DNA of 64,000 nt from Psammoneis japonica (GCA_008632985.1 QPGO01000167.1:1-64000); one strand, 5' to 3'; counted from the first letter of the stretch, positions 12,504 through 24,911 are shown. Program-made: numbers and translations. The notes: generated by a model from the sequence alone, not told the origin.

Positions 12504-13493
12504 GTGTCACTACTGCAAATTGCAGCAGCACAATGGCTCGCCAAGCTCTCCGTTCGAATTCCGTACAATCGCCCGTTGGCACTCAAAGTGATTCTCGCCG
12601 TACCTCTGCTGCCATTAGCAGTTGCTGTTTTGTGCTTTTGTGTCAATCAAATCACACCCGGAATTGTATTTCTGGTGCTCTTTTTGGTGATTGCATCGTA
12701 CGCTCTCCATGTAGCCTCTACCCATTCGGCATATCCATTGCTACCCGAAGCCACTCGAGGACGACGCCTGAGCGCTTCTCAAATTCGTGCCAAAAGCACC
12801 CCACTCTACGATGTCTACACTCCGCCGGGCCCCAAGCAAAATGTGCCTTGCGCTTTGCTCCTTGTTCCAGGTGCCAGGATTCGACCTGAATCCTATTCCG
12901 TAATTGCTCGATTACTGTCGGACGAGGGTATTCTCGTGATTGTTCAAAATACGGCTCGGTCGAGCTATTATTTGCCATCCACGCTTACCGGTTCTGGGCC
13001 AGAAGAATTGCAACAAATCATGAGAGAGGTGGAGAAGGAGTACGAAATTCAAGAATGGGCCATTGGAGGGCATGATTCGGGTACTATTCCTGCAGCTCTT
13101 TGTGCACAACGATTGGGCGTTTCGAAACTTGTCCTGTGGGGTCCATCCACAAATCAGTGGCGAGTGAATTTGAGCAAATCTCAAGTAATTGTCTTGGTCG
13201 TTCTGGTTGGTGACACGACGGATCGTATCGATAAGAATATTGAGAGTCGCCTTCCACCCATGGCTACTACTAGTTCATCAAGCAAAGGAGGGGTTACAAT
13301 TTATTCCGTAATAAAGGGCGGCAACCGTTCGGGGTTTGCTCACTACAAATGTGAACATGCGCACGGAGAAGAGACGCTTCCCTTGCAAGAGCAGCAGCGA
13401 CAGTGTGTGAGTGTGACTTCGCTGTTTTTGAAGCGTAGCCAAAGCTATTATACGGATCAAAACTGCGACTACAATCTCATCGAGTCTTCGTGA
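12504..13493 (+). CDS. Alpha/beta-hydrolase-fold protein with N-terminal TM helices, probably non-catalytic; start uncertain
   Basis: LLLVPGARIRPESY, WAIGGHDSG (elbow position) and IKGGNRSGFAHY (His position). The ORF starts at GTG, and the adjacent ATG 12502 is out of frame. Confidence 0.65.
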   Translation: MSLLQIAAAQWLAKLSVRIPYNRPLALKVILAVPLLPLAVAVLCFCVNQITPGIVFLVLFLVIASYALHVASTHSAYPLLPEATRGRRLSASQIRAKSTPLYDVYTPPGPKQNVPCALLLVPGARIRPESYSVIARLLSDEGILVIVQNTARSSYYLPSTLTGSGPEELQQIMREVEKEYEIQEWAIGGHDSGTIPAALCAQRLGVSKLVLWGPSTNQWRVNLSKSQVIVLVVLVGDTTDRIDKNIESRLPPMATTSSSSKGGVTIYSVIKGGNRSGFAHYKCEHAHGEETLPLQEQQRQCVSVTSLFLKRSQSYYTDQNCDYNLIESS

Positions 13494-13885
13494 AACTTAA
13501 TCATCCAGTCGCCCTTCTACTATGGAGCTTTGCTGTTCAAGCTGACGAGCTTCATATTGAGAATGCTAGCAAGGATTGCGATTCGAATGGTACAACTGGA
13601 GACTGCAAGCTTCACTGCTTGTATCGGCGAGTGATGAAGGATCCCATAATAGTTGCCCCCTCTCAAATTGAGGAACTCGAAAAGCTCACGGCCAAACGGA
13701 TTGATCCAATTACGTGCAAACCGGATCATGGTGGAAGTCGTGTCAACAATGGAAAGCTCAAATTCAATAGACCCATCCAGACCACAACGGAAGCACACAA
13801 GGTTGTCTTTTACGAATGCGTCGACTGGCCGTCCAATCAGCAGAAAGATGCAAACTGGTCCAAGCGGTCGATGAATTATCGTGGT
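13490..13885 (+). pseudogene. Internally deleted copy of the alpha-CA-like gene
   Basis: ~13560..13615 matches 55..108 and 13626..13885 matches 962..1222. The region between is missing. Confidence 0.85.
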
Positions 13886-14796
13886 CACACCTGCAAAATG
13901 TGAAAAAGCTCATCTTTACATATTATGGCTTTGGAACTGAGGGAGCAATAGAACTAGCTCGGGGGCTGTCTAGGAGCAACGTTGGGGAAGCAACATCCAA
14001 TCTGAAGGAGCTTGACCTGTGGGTCATGGACAATGAATCGCTTGCCATCATCTCTGATGAGCTCTTGGCAAACCCTTTCTGTCAGTTGACAAGCTTTGAA
14101 TATGCTTCAGTTGATGACAGTGATGACACCATCCCAGGGTGGCGGTCATTTAGCAGGGCATTGCAAACTAACACATCACTGACCAAACTGAGTTTCCAAG
14201 GACTTAATAACTTCGGGTGTGTATGTGCACTTTTTGAAGGGCTGAAATACAACACCAGTGTGGAAACCTTGGATTTGAACAACAATGAAGAAGGCGACGC
14301 AGTGTGTTTGGCCCTTAGCGAGCTGTTGGTTGCATCGTCGGGGGCGCCGCTCAAACGTGTAATCCTCTCTAACAGCTTCATCACGGACGAGGGTGCGGTG
14401 GCTCTTGCACAGGAGCTCATAAATGACAAAGGCTTGGACTCTTTAGATCTGAGTCACAACGACATTGGTGAGAGAGGCATTTCTGCCTTGTTGGAGGCAG
14501 TGAGAGATCACAACAGAACCATTACTTGTCTCGATTTATCTCAATCTGGTCGGCGGCGTTACAGTGTACCAGAACTTAACAACATGATGATCGATCAGAT
14601 TAGTTTCTACTGCTCGCTCAATCGTGCTGGTCGTCAACATGTGGGAGACACATCTGTACCAGCCGCCTTGTGGCCATGCATCTTGTACAAGGAACACATC
14701 AACTGTGACCCAAGTCTAATGTTTGGAATGATCCGAGAGAGGCCCGACATCTTCCAGTGGGGTGCTAGTCGCAAAAGGCGACACGAGGAAATCTAG
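13816..14796 (+). CDS. RI-type (NLRC3-like) LRR protein, 5'-truncated and fused to CA-derived sequence
   Basis: LRR motifs LQTNTSLTKLSF, LKYNTSVETLDL and LDSLDLSHNDIGERG. C-terminus LNRAGR..VP.ALWP.IL is shared with 49787..51020. Confidence 0.75.
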   Translation: MRRLAVQSAERCKLVQAVDELSWSHLQNVKKLIFTYYGFGTEGAIELARGLSRSNVGEATSNLKELDLWVMDNESLAIISDELLANPFCQLTSFEYASVDDSDDTIPGWRSFSRALQTNTSLTKLSFQGLNNFGCVCALFEGLKYNTSVETLDLNNNEEGDAVCLALSELLVASSGAPLKRVILSNSFITDEGAVALAQELINDKGLDSLDLSHNDIGERGISALLEAVRDHNRTITCLDLSQSGRRRYSVPELNNMMIDQISFYCSLNRAGRQHVGDTSVPAALWPCILYKEHINCDPSLMFGMIRERPDIFQWGASRKRRHEEI

Positions 14797-15143
14797 ACGT
14801 CCAGGTGGTTCGAGCTCTGTAGACGATACAATCTGACATCTACTGCCGTGATTGCGACTTGTGGGTAGTCTATTGTAATGAATCTAGTAGTAGTGGTGTA
14901 TGCATAATTTTGTTTTATACAGCAGGTCCAGTTCGCCCCTGTAATATGGACGTCGGCGGTTCACCCTGACGAGCTACGTAATGTTCCTCCCAATGAGTAC
15001 CTACGTATAATATCTAGAAAGTAGGGTGTCGCCATCGGTACAAAGACATTGGCACCCTGACACAAACATGAAAAGCAATGTGCTCGTTCTATTCATATTA
15101 TATAAACTGCAGTACAGGTTGTACAAACCGACCACTCCTTTGC

Positions 15144-16503
15144 TCAAGCTGTATGAACCCGCACGTCAATCACATTCAAATCCAACTCTTGCTTGAGTGT
15201 AGATAAATCTGTCAAGAGTGCGTGCAAGCTTTCGTCATCAAGGATACGCGAGGTCGTACACTCGGCCTCCACCACAAATTCTCGTGTTTTGGTCTTGTTT
15301 GTCATTTGCAAGTCGGTCGAAAGCGACTCGACCGATAGGCCCTTGTCCGCCAACCGTTCGGCAACACTGGCCAGTACGCCGGGTCTGAAAAAAAAAGAGA
15401 AAGAATATCATAAGCATTTACAAACCAATACCAATAACGCACGGTGCCCCTATTTCATAACCAAACTTGACTTACTTGTCTGCCCCGACACACTTGACAC
15501 GAATTCCCATGACCGCTTGATCGTAGGTTCCAGTCATTCGTCTATTCAAGTTGGTGGCACGAATATCCAATGGCTTCAGAGCTTTTTCATTCATAACACC
15601 GTCAATGAGATCCTTTCTCTGTTTCGGCGGCACGCTCACATGCATCAATATAACAAACTCTTGTCCCAATCGTACCATGCTGCTATGCGTCACATTCCCA
15701 CCCCTATCGGCAATGCATCTCGCCAACAACGCCACAACGCCGACTCGATCCGGACCACTGGCGGAAATACACACATGATGCAAATCACGATCCAACTCGA
15801 CGGGCCCTGTAAAGACATCGTGAAATCCTTCCTTCATGATACTCATGGTGGCTCCCGTCACGGCTCCACCAGCCATGTCTTCTCCGTGCATGACATCACC
15901 ACCACGCATGGCACTTAAAATACAAGTCCAAACCAAAGACACGCCCGCCACAAAGGGAATACGAGCGTACATGGGCATGAAAGCAAAATTGACTGCAGTC
16001 GCTGGAACCCACACTTTCCAAAGTGCTGACAAGTCGTCGGCCATGTTTTCCTTGTATTCCGCCAGGACACGTCCAAAATCGGGCTTGTCACTCATGACAA
16101 ACTCTCGTGTACAGTAGAATGCCGGAAAGTACATGAATGGATGGTGGACACATTGATCCAAAAACACTTGTGCCCCGAGCGCCGCCATGCCCTTGACATC
16201 CTTTAGTTTTTGACGCAACGACTTGGCCGCAAACGCCGAAGCACCGGGAAAGAGTCGACCAAAGAATGACACGTAAATGCTGTATTGGACGACACCCAAG
16301 TATCCAAATCCAAACGCGGCAAAGGCGGCATTGCGTTTCCAATCAACTTCTTGTTTTTGTTCGACCACCTTTTGTACGAGCAAATCGGAAGCGGACGTTT
16401 TGAATCCAGACAAAATCACACCAAACGCAAGAGGATAGGTCTTTGGGATTTTAGTCAAGTTTTGCAAAACAGAACTGCCCACAAACAAGCGTGCGGATGC
16501 CAT
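15144..16503 (-). CDS. Mpv17/PMP22-family membrane protein fused to two ACT domains; intron 15385..15475
   Basis: SDLLVQ..DWKRN..F, FLDQCVHHPFMY and WKVWVPATAVNFAFMP..RIPFV..VSLVWTCILS. Then SASGPDRVGVVA and CVGADKPGVLASVAE (GcvR-like tandem ACT). Confidence 0.85.
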
Positions 16504-16749
16504 TGTGAAGAAGAAAAAACAAAGGCAGGTAACGCTACAATCTCATTGAGAAAGCCTTCTTCGTGTTAGATTGTGTTGGCGATGAATCAAAATTTGGCAG
16601 AACAAAAATGAGGTGACGTCACACATTTGTGACGTATTGGTGACGTAACAAAGATTTTTCAATTACAGTATGTGCCGGCGGCATGTTACAGCACTGCTAT
16701 GGGGCCCAACGTCATGCTTCCACGTGTAATCACAAACTCCCCATTTTTT

Positions 16750-19700
16750 ACCAAAATGCAACTCCAGCCGACTAATGTCATTCTAATAAGAAGTTCCCGA
16801 CAAGTGTTGGGGTCGCAAGTGTTAGGTTTGGTTGGCAATGGAGATGTCACCAAAAATCATCCCTCGCACTTCCACGTGCAATGAAGGCGCCCCACGAAAA
16901 GTCAGCTCCATTTCCAAACACCCAGCACCATGAACAACACGTGCCTGTCACATTCTCGCAAGACACAAGTTTAAAGAGCAGGAGACCAACAATGCTCATG
17001 CCTCGGGTGTTTTGTGGCTCTAGCAGCAGGGGTCAAAGTCCAGCCAGTTCTTCAAAAAATTTTGAGTCGAGTGGTTCATGCGGGGTTCAAGACACGTGAC
17101 TCGGGGTGCGACGAACCCTTTCTCAACAAAGAGATGGCCAATGACATCAACACAAAGCACATTTTTATGGCAAAAGTCTTCTTTAAAATTCATTGTTGAC
17201 GTTGTGACAGCTGCGTTTGACCCGTTTCATGCTTTGTTTGAATGGACGAATCAATCCATGAAAACACATTTGCAAGCCACACTTTTCCATTTTCAGAATT
17301 GACGGTTGCATCTCTGCCAACAATCTGGTGAATGTACAAGCAAGGGGGCACTTCCATTGCCTGACTTTGTTCTTCTGCAGGAGAGCATCATCAACAGGCA
17401 ACTTTTTCAACGTTGTTTGACTGCTTCGTTTGAACAGTGCGCCAACTTCACTCTGCATTTTCACTCCAAAATCCACCCCATGCCCCACCCTCTCCCACTC
17501 AAAAACACTGGCTGATTGCATTGCAGTTGCTTTGTCAAAGTCTTGAAAAATGTTCCTCTTGTCATTGGCATCGCCAAAACGGGTTTGACGATGGGACTGC
17601 AACATTGGATTTGTCGATGAGCTCACACGACGATTGACACTGTGAAAATTGGCTGCATCTGCGTGACAGTTGAGTGAGACAACAAGTGGCAAGACTTTGG
17701 CACAATGACAACACCATTTTGATTCCATGTTGCTTGCCTTCACATGTCTGCCGGCTTTTGCTCTCAGCGGGTGTCGAAAATCCGGCGAATGAGTGGTTGA
17801 TGAAGACTCGGCACATGACATGGCGTCACAAATGACTGAATCGGCATGTTTGTCAACAGCTCGCCACAAAATCAAAATCGTTGAGAGTGCATTTAGATGC
17901 CTGTCCAACAGATGCCAATTGATCATGTGCCAAATGTGCTCTTGCAGAATCGAGGGTTTAGATGGCTTTCTTGGCGTCGCAATCCTCGCCATCGTCGGCG
18001 CAAGATTTGATCAAATTCCCCATGACAGCACCGCGGCGACAGTCTGTGTGCTCATCAGGAGTGCGCCTGCCATGCCCAATTGGATTTGCTTGAGGGTTGG
18101 GACCCAAACTGTGCACTTGGTTGTGTTGGGATGCATCATTGTTTTTTTTTCGGCACAGCTCTGCCAGCCACTGGCTGCTGTCAGAGAGCACAGGACTGCA
18201 CTGCAGAGGCGAATTCATTGATGCCTGCAATCAATTCAACGAACTAAACGAGATTTTGATGCTGCACAATGTCAGGCACACTTTTTTGTGGCCAACTTGG
18301 GCAAGGTTTGCTTTCAACCGCCACACAAGCACTGGTGTCGACTCTTGTCATTTCCATGGTTGCTTCTTCTGTGCTCCTCTGTGGCCTTCCTCTTCAGCAA
18401 GGAAGGTGTCGCCCCCAAGGTGATCCACTTGGCATGGCAGCAGCACATGGATTGGGCTTTCTTCCACTGGTGTCTGAGTCACACCTGGTCTGTGAAGCAG
18501 CAATGGCTGGGCACTCTGGGCACTGCACTCACCCCTTTGGTGTGCCAGCTGCTTTTGTTTGCTGCAGCAGCAGGAAATTTTTTGTCCTGCAGGGCTTTCT
18601 CTTGACTTTTCAAACTGTTGGACCCAAGCACAAACAATGCTGCCCTGTTGACAACTCCAAAAATGTTCTTGTGGGGCCCCAGAGTGCAGCAGCCTGGAAA
18701 ATGCCAAGCATCACATGTGGTTGTCTCGCTGCACACAGATGCTCCAACTTCACCTCAGCAGTCCACAAGGGCACAATTCACAAGTGAAGTGGGAACTTGC
18801 ACTGAGTGGAAAGCAAAAAATCACAAGGAAATGGATTTCTTGATGGGGTGTTTTGGGTGGATTTCCTGGTGAATGACTGGACAAGTGTCGCAGAGCAAAG
18901 TTGGAAGAAGTCAACAACAAAAAGCAGCTGTGTTGTTTCACAATGTGTGTCTTTTGGTTTTCAAACAAGTCATGGCAAAAACCATGCTTCAAAGTTTGTG
19001 AGTTTGTGCAAATGCTCAGCTGCCCATGTCTCTGTGGGTCATGGAGCTCCAGCCAGTCAGGCGAGTCCTTCCACCCTGCGTTGGAGGATGGAGCCACATT
19101 GCAGCTCTAAAAACATCACCAGAGTGTGCTCCTTCATGTTGGTGTGCAACCACAACAAGATGGAAAGACAAACATGCAGCCAGGCACTGTCAAAAAGAGG
19201 AAGCTGCAGCCAAAAGCTGCTCAAACTGAGGCCACACACACACACAGTGTGCAACAGAGCTGCACTTTGTCTGCCATGGACAGAGCCACCATGAGACCAA
19301 CCTGTTGTCATGCACCACAAGTTGGGTGGTTTCTTTTCTCTGTGTCATTTGAGAAAACAAGAATGGCGACATTTGTTTGCCACACACAACATCAAATGGT
19401 TTTGCAGAGCAACAATGGGCACAAACTCCTTGCTTTGCTTCCAAGAACCTCTGTGACAAAGAGAAAGTGTGGCTTGTTTGGCTTGGCCAACACAGCCACA
19501 AGCCCAAGTTTGCTGCTAAAAAACTGCTGCAAATGCTGTCATTCTCTCTGCAGCCAGCAGTGAAGGCATGTCAATTTGCAGCTTCACAAACATGTTTCAC
19601 ATGGTGGGAAAACAGAACAAATTCACAGCATCTGGGAGGGGCTGAGACATTGCTGCATGCCAGAAATGAGAGCAAGTCTTGTTGACTTGGAAACTGATGT

Positions 19701-20350
19701 CCACAGCCAAGAAGCAAAAAAAAACTCAAGTGCGCCAGACTGTGAATGAATTCAAGGCAAAAAATGGAGGGAGGAGGATTGGAGCTGCAACACTGGGCAG
19801 CCATGACTTTGATGTTGTGACAATCATCACATGGGTGCCATTGCACCCGCAGAAGACTTCAATGGAGGGGCAGTGTGGAAGACTTGGAAGCTTGTTTCCA
19901 GCTGTGGTGTGGCGCTGGGCACCAGCAGCGCAGAGTGTGGCACATCAGCAGCTGCCAGTGTGTGCCCCTGGAATGACAGCCAGCTGCTCAAGCACCATGC
20001 CACAGGGTTGTGATGACTTGGAGGTCTTGAAACTGAGTGTGCAACAAAGACATTGCAAAAGAAAAAGCATGCTCAGCCTGTTGGGGCATTGCACCAGCGC
20101 TCTTCTTCTTCCCTGTGTGCTCCAGAAACCTGGCTCCACCACATCAACACAATTCAAGCAAAGCTGGTGCCAGCAAGACAATCCAGCACCAATTTTTTTT
20201 TTTTTTACGACAGACTTCATTTTTGCCATCATTCATTTTGCTTTTCCTTGAGCAGTGTTGTTGAGCGTCAGATCAAGAACTCTCCTCTTTTCTTGCACTC
20301 TCGGCCTGACTTTGCCCGAACAAACCAAAGTTGAGTGAGTTCATCAACAA
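16750..20350. other. TpA-depleted decayed block 3
   Basis: Same dinucleotide bias. Contains retroelement relics. Confidence 0.85.
18150..18870 (+). mobile_element. Relic reverse transcriptase of a non-LTR retrotransposon (CRE/SLACS-like)
   Basis: Across frameshifts: IDACNQFNELN..LML.NVRH..WPT.ARFAFN and FLFSKEGVA/QGDPLGMAA(A)HGLGFLPL, matching DA.NAFN and EG..QGDPL.M..Y.LG.LP RT motifs. Confidence 0.7.
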
Positions 20351-20662
20351 ATTTGTTCTTTTGAGTGGAAGCAGCAGCTGCAGTCACACTCATGATGTTA
20401 ATTGCTCTTCTATCAGGCTCACTCTTTATGGTCATTGCACTCAAAACAACGCGATGAATGCGCTCTCGCTTGTCCGTCGATGCGGTTCATCCCACCGCGA
20501 CCAAGTTCTCGTGTCATTCGTGCATCTCAATAAGTTCAAAATCCTGGTGCCGCAAGGAAACCGCAAAGAACACACGCTGTGTGACCGTGGAAAAATCAGA
20601 TGTTCATTTTACATGCATGCTAACAAAAATTATGTAAAACGGTAAGTTAACAAAGGCCGTCG

Positions 20663-21721
20663 TCAGTTATCTAGAGGACGCTTGGTCTTCTTCAATTGAG
20701 GCTGTTGGTCTTCTGAAGGGTAGTGGCGCTGGTAAACCACAATGTCGTTATCATCAGCTGCGGCCTGCTCCAAGACCTCTTGGTTGAGTTGGATGTACGG
20801 ACACAAGGTAGGCTTCATCCAATATTCTACTCGTTCATCGCCCTTGAGCCCCAATTCGTCAATTCGGAGCAACCACAAGAACCGTTTGTTGAGAGTACCT
20901 TCACCCGCGCCCTCGTATTCAGGTGGAAGCGCCCCGATTTCAATCAAGAGACTTTCGTTCTCTTCTTCTTGTGTTAGCTTCTCATCCTTTGAAGCATACC
21001 AGTGCTTGCCCGTCCAGCCATAGTTACTGTCATACACTTGAAAAAGTGAGTTCGCCCTCTCCAGCACCAAGGTGTGGATTACAATAGCACGAATGACATG
21101 TTTGAAGCTCACAACGTCATCCTTTGTAAGAGTCTCTTCCGTCTTGTATCCCATCCAGCAATTGCACACTCGGTACACGAGTGCCAATACGGTCCTCCGA
21201 TCTTCGTTCAATGCCACTGCCAAGTCTTCGTTTTTCTTGAGTGCTCGTGCCCACCGTTCAGCTCGTTTCTCGCGAAGCTTTTTACGCTCGGTCCATAAGA
21301 AACCAAAGTCTTGCGGTTCGTCCTTAGTTACGTAATTTAGAATATTGGAAAGGCACCCTTGAAAGAAAGTGTCGCGATAGATGATTTCCTCAAACTCAGT
21401 CATGGTGGAGAGGCTCTTGATTCGGATTCTCATAGCTTTGTGCGTCTTGAGGAGTTCGTTGGGTTCTTCTTCTACTTCTTGTTGCGCACTGCTGTCGTTG
21501 GCGATTGAGTTTGATCCTGGTGTGACATAGTCGTCGTCGTCGTCAGGCTCTATCACCGCAAGATCCGTTTCCGGCTGCGGGGGATCATCTTCAACAGGAG
21601 GATTGGGAGGTGCTGCCGCTTCGGGCTGATGCTGAAGATCGTTTCCAACTGGAGGATCGGGGTCGTTCGGGTCGTAAACCTCCTCCCTTGGCGGTGGGAC
21701 GAATGTTTTGTCGCCTGACAT
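20663..21721 (-). CDS. Hypothetical protein with an acidic/Pro-rich N-terminus (352 aa)
   Basis: Long ORF with normal composition. ATG 21721 (MSGDKTF) follows a pyrimidine-rich leader. Confidence 0.7.
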   Translation of the reverse strand: MSGDKTFVPPPREEVYDPNDPDPPVGNDLQHQPEAAAPPNPPVEDDPPQPETDLAVIEPDDDDDYVTPGSNSIANDSSAQQEVEEEPNELLKTHKAMRIRIKSLSTMTEFEEIIYRDTFFQGCLSNILNYVTKDEPQDFGFLWTERKKLREKRAERWARALKKNEDLAVALNEDRRTVLALVYRVCNCWMGYKTEETLTKDDVVSFKHVIRAIVIHTLVLERANSLFQVYDSNYGWTGKHWYASKDEKLTQEEENESLLIEIGALPPEYEGAGEGTLNKRFLWLLRIDELGLKGDERVEYWMKPTLCPYIQLNQEVLEQAAADDNDIVVYQRHYPSEDQQPQLKKTKRPLDN

Positions 21722-22272
21722 GATGGCTACATACGTTAGAAAAAGAGGAGAAAGCAATAAGGACGAGAAGTTGGAAGAAGAGAAGTTTGGGAAGAATAAA
21801 AGAAAGAGAAAAAAGAAAAGAGGATCGCGGAATTCCAAAATTGCGAATCGCAAGAAGATACAGTACGCCTGGTCAGGCGGACAGACACATTCAGATCTGT
21901 GAAGCAACAGAAAAGCCTAAATGACCAAGAAACAGTAATAATATTTAACTCCAAAGACGTTCACGTTAAATAAATTTTGCGAAAGACAACAAATGAAAAT
22001 GTCTTTTGTACCTGCCACCTTTAAATCTCAGCATTTGCATCTATGTCTTTGACATTTTGAAATAAGGATATTTCCATTCTTTGTTAAATCACAAGATTTG
22101 CCGTGCAGTCATCGCTCGAAGGCTGTGCACTTTTTGACGCCCGTTGTCATCCATTGTCACCTCATCACGTCTCGTGTCTATGCGGCATTGCAGTATTATA
22201 TATATCTCCCCTCATTCATCCTCTTGCTATTTGTGTGTGTTTCCTTCTCTCGAGTCAACGCCACTGACAACT

Positions 22273-24029
22273 ATGAGTAGTAAAAACGACGTTTATGAAG
22301 GCTGTCGTGCCGAAATTGGCTCTGACGTTCATGATTTGCTTCGCTGTGTCGCTCGAGCAATTCAAGAAACAAATGAATATCATGATTCAACGGTGGACAA
22401 TGAACGAATGCTGTCATCCTCGGAGAATGCATTGGAGTTTGCGACTTGCTTTTTGTTTGTCATTTTTGCCGCCATGGTATTCATGATGCAGGGTGGCTTT
22501 GCCATGCTTTGCGCTGGAAGTGTACGAAAGAAAAATGTCAGCAACACCATGCTCAAGAATCTGCTGGATGCGTGTGGTGCAGCCGTTGCCTTTTTTACGG
22601 TTGGCTATGCCTTTGCGTATGGAGGAACGTCTCCCGACTCGATGGAAAAGACGTTTATTGGGAATGCAAACTTTTTCCTCATGGATGTGGATGATTTGGC
22701 GTTTTGGCTGTTTCAGTACACCTTATCGTCTGCTGCGGTAACCATTGTCGCCGGAACTTTGGCAGAGAGGTGCACCATGATTGCATACCTCATGTACAGC
22801 ATCTTATTGGCCGGATTTGTGTATCCCGTTATTGTTCGAGCGTTTTGGAGTACCGAAGGCTTTCTTAGTCCTCACGCAAATGAGCCACTCTGGGGAACTG
22901 GTGTGATTGACTTTGCGGGATCTGGAGTGGTGCATGCCACGGGGGGCATTACCGCCATTTTGGCAACGAGTATTCTTGGACCACGTCAAGGTCGCTTCCA
23001 TGACGAAGAAGGACGCCGGTTGGAAGTCCCGAATGAAATAAAGGGACACTCAATCGCATTGCAGGTAAGTGAATAGTGCATGAGAGTGACATTCAACAAG
23101 TTGATTGTGAATGAGAACACTACTTGCTAATGCGTTTTGTTCTCCGTTCTCGTCCTGTTCTCTATTTTTAGGTTCTCGGTACATTTATGCTATGGTTTGG
23201 TTGGTATGGGTTCAACGTAGGTTCGTCATTGACGTTACACGATGCTGACAGTCTTGGTGCCGTGGGTGCCTTGGCAGGTGTCAACACGGCCCTGGCCGGT
23301 GGCATGGCTGGTGTTACAGCCTTGTTTGCCAACTTGATCATTCTAGAACGTCAAACGGGCGAAGCCCTATTTGATTTAAAGTACGCCATGAATGGCGCAC
23401 TGAGTGGATTGGTGGCAATCACGGGAGGATGTGGCGTTTTGGAACCTTGGGCCGCCGTGTTGGTGGGCTTTATCGCTGGAAATTTATATATTTTGGGATC
23501 CTGGAGTCTCATCAAGATTCGACTCGATGATGCGGTGGATGCCATTCCTGTCCACATGATTAATGGGCTTTGGGGGTTGATTGCTGTTGGCTTTCTGGCG
23601 TCACCCTCAAGACTCGATGATGCCTACGGTCGGTCCAAGCACGTCGGATGGTGCTATTCGTGGGGCCGTGGAAGTAGTGACGCGACTCTGCTAGGTGCTC
23701 AGTTGGTGGGCGCTCTATTCATTATTGCATGGGTCACTGTAATCATGTTCCCCTTTTTCTTCTTTTTGAATTGGAAAGGATGGTTCCGCTCGGATTCTCT
23801 CGAGGAATTGGTTGGTTTGGACACGTCATACCACGGTGGATTGGCTTTACGATCAGGCGATGATGTCAATCCCGAATACATTAGTGCCTTTCAAAAGCAA
23901 CGTGATGAACGTGTGGAGCGTCGCTTGAGTGGTCGACGGTCCAACGCGAGTTCTGAAGAGTTTGCTCCGCCGCTCGACCGATCAACCGGTGGTACCCAGA
24001 CCCCCTTGTCGTCGACGCCCTCGTCTTGA
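22273..24029 (+). CDS. AMT: Ammonium transporter (Amt family); exons 22273..23064, 23172..24029
   Basis: MQGGFAML, GTLAER, DFAGSGVVH, LWFGWYGFN, NGALSGLVAITGG and DDAVDAIPVH. In-frame GT-AG intron. Confidence 0.95.
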
Positions 24030-24579
24030 TGAGAGGTTTTGTTTCATTTTTTATACGCTACATGAACAACGGAAGACTTTTTTCCATACACCAATGCTAA
24101 GAACCAGGTAGCACGAGCGAAGCATCATTAGTTCGATTGCATGTACCTTTTCATCTTTCTCGAGTTTCAACACCTTATACGCAATTTTGACGAGATTTCG
24201 TAACAACGTAATAGTTTTGACAATTTTGCCAAGACGCCACCACTCTGCTTATGAAAAACGAACTTCCATATAACTAATTTTATATAGCAAAGGACGCAAA
24301 GATTGAATTGGACGCAGACTACAGATAATACATACCGCGAGAGAACTTGGGAGTAAGGATCACGTGTCGCTCAACGCTGTTATCGATTCAAGATGAAGCG
24401 CGTGTGTTTAGTAGAAAAATGCTAAAAACTACAGAGCATTGTTCTGAGGCTTTTTTTGTTCCACGCTAAAACGGCATTATTCAGCATTGTTCACGAGATT
24501 TCTGAACTAGTTTCGATAATTGCGCCACCGCTCTGCTTACAGGAAAAAGGTCGTTACTTTCTGCAGTTTCCTAAGGAGA

Positions 24580-24870
24580 GGCTCTAGCCTACTACTTCGT
24601 AGCTAGCTCGTAGTTGCTTCTCACCGCCTCTCTAGAGTACCGGTAGAGAGTAGCTAGCTAGAGACTCTAGAGATGGCATCCCTCTGCCGGTGCTCTCTGC
24701 AGAGGTCGCACATGGGAGTGCAAGGTGCTCTCCAGTGGCTGCGGTCCTCTCCATTCTCTAGTGGAGCTAGAGTAGATCTCTCTCTTTCTACTCTAGCTAG
24801 CTAGAGTAGCAGCTACTCTAGAGTAGCTCTCTAGGGCCCTAGCTAGCTAGCTAGAGAGCTCTCTACTCTC
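24580..24870. repeat. CTAG/TAG-rich low-complexity island
   Basis: Runs such as TAGCTAGCTAGAG and CTCTAGAG. Confidence 0.75.
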
Positions 24871-24911
24871 CTGTTATAAGCCATGTGCAGGGGTTATGAG
24901 TCCCGAAAAAC

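Noticed and set aside
17183..17992. 269-aa minus-strand ORF as a gene
   Set aside because: It is Tyr-free, lies in a depleted block and has no recognizable motif. It may be a TE relic but cannot be assigned.
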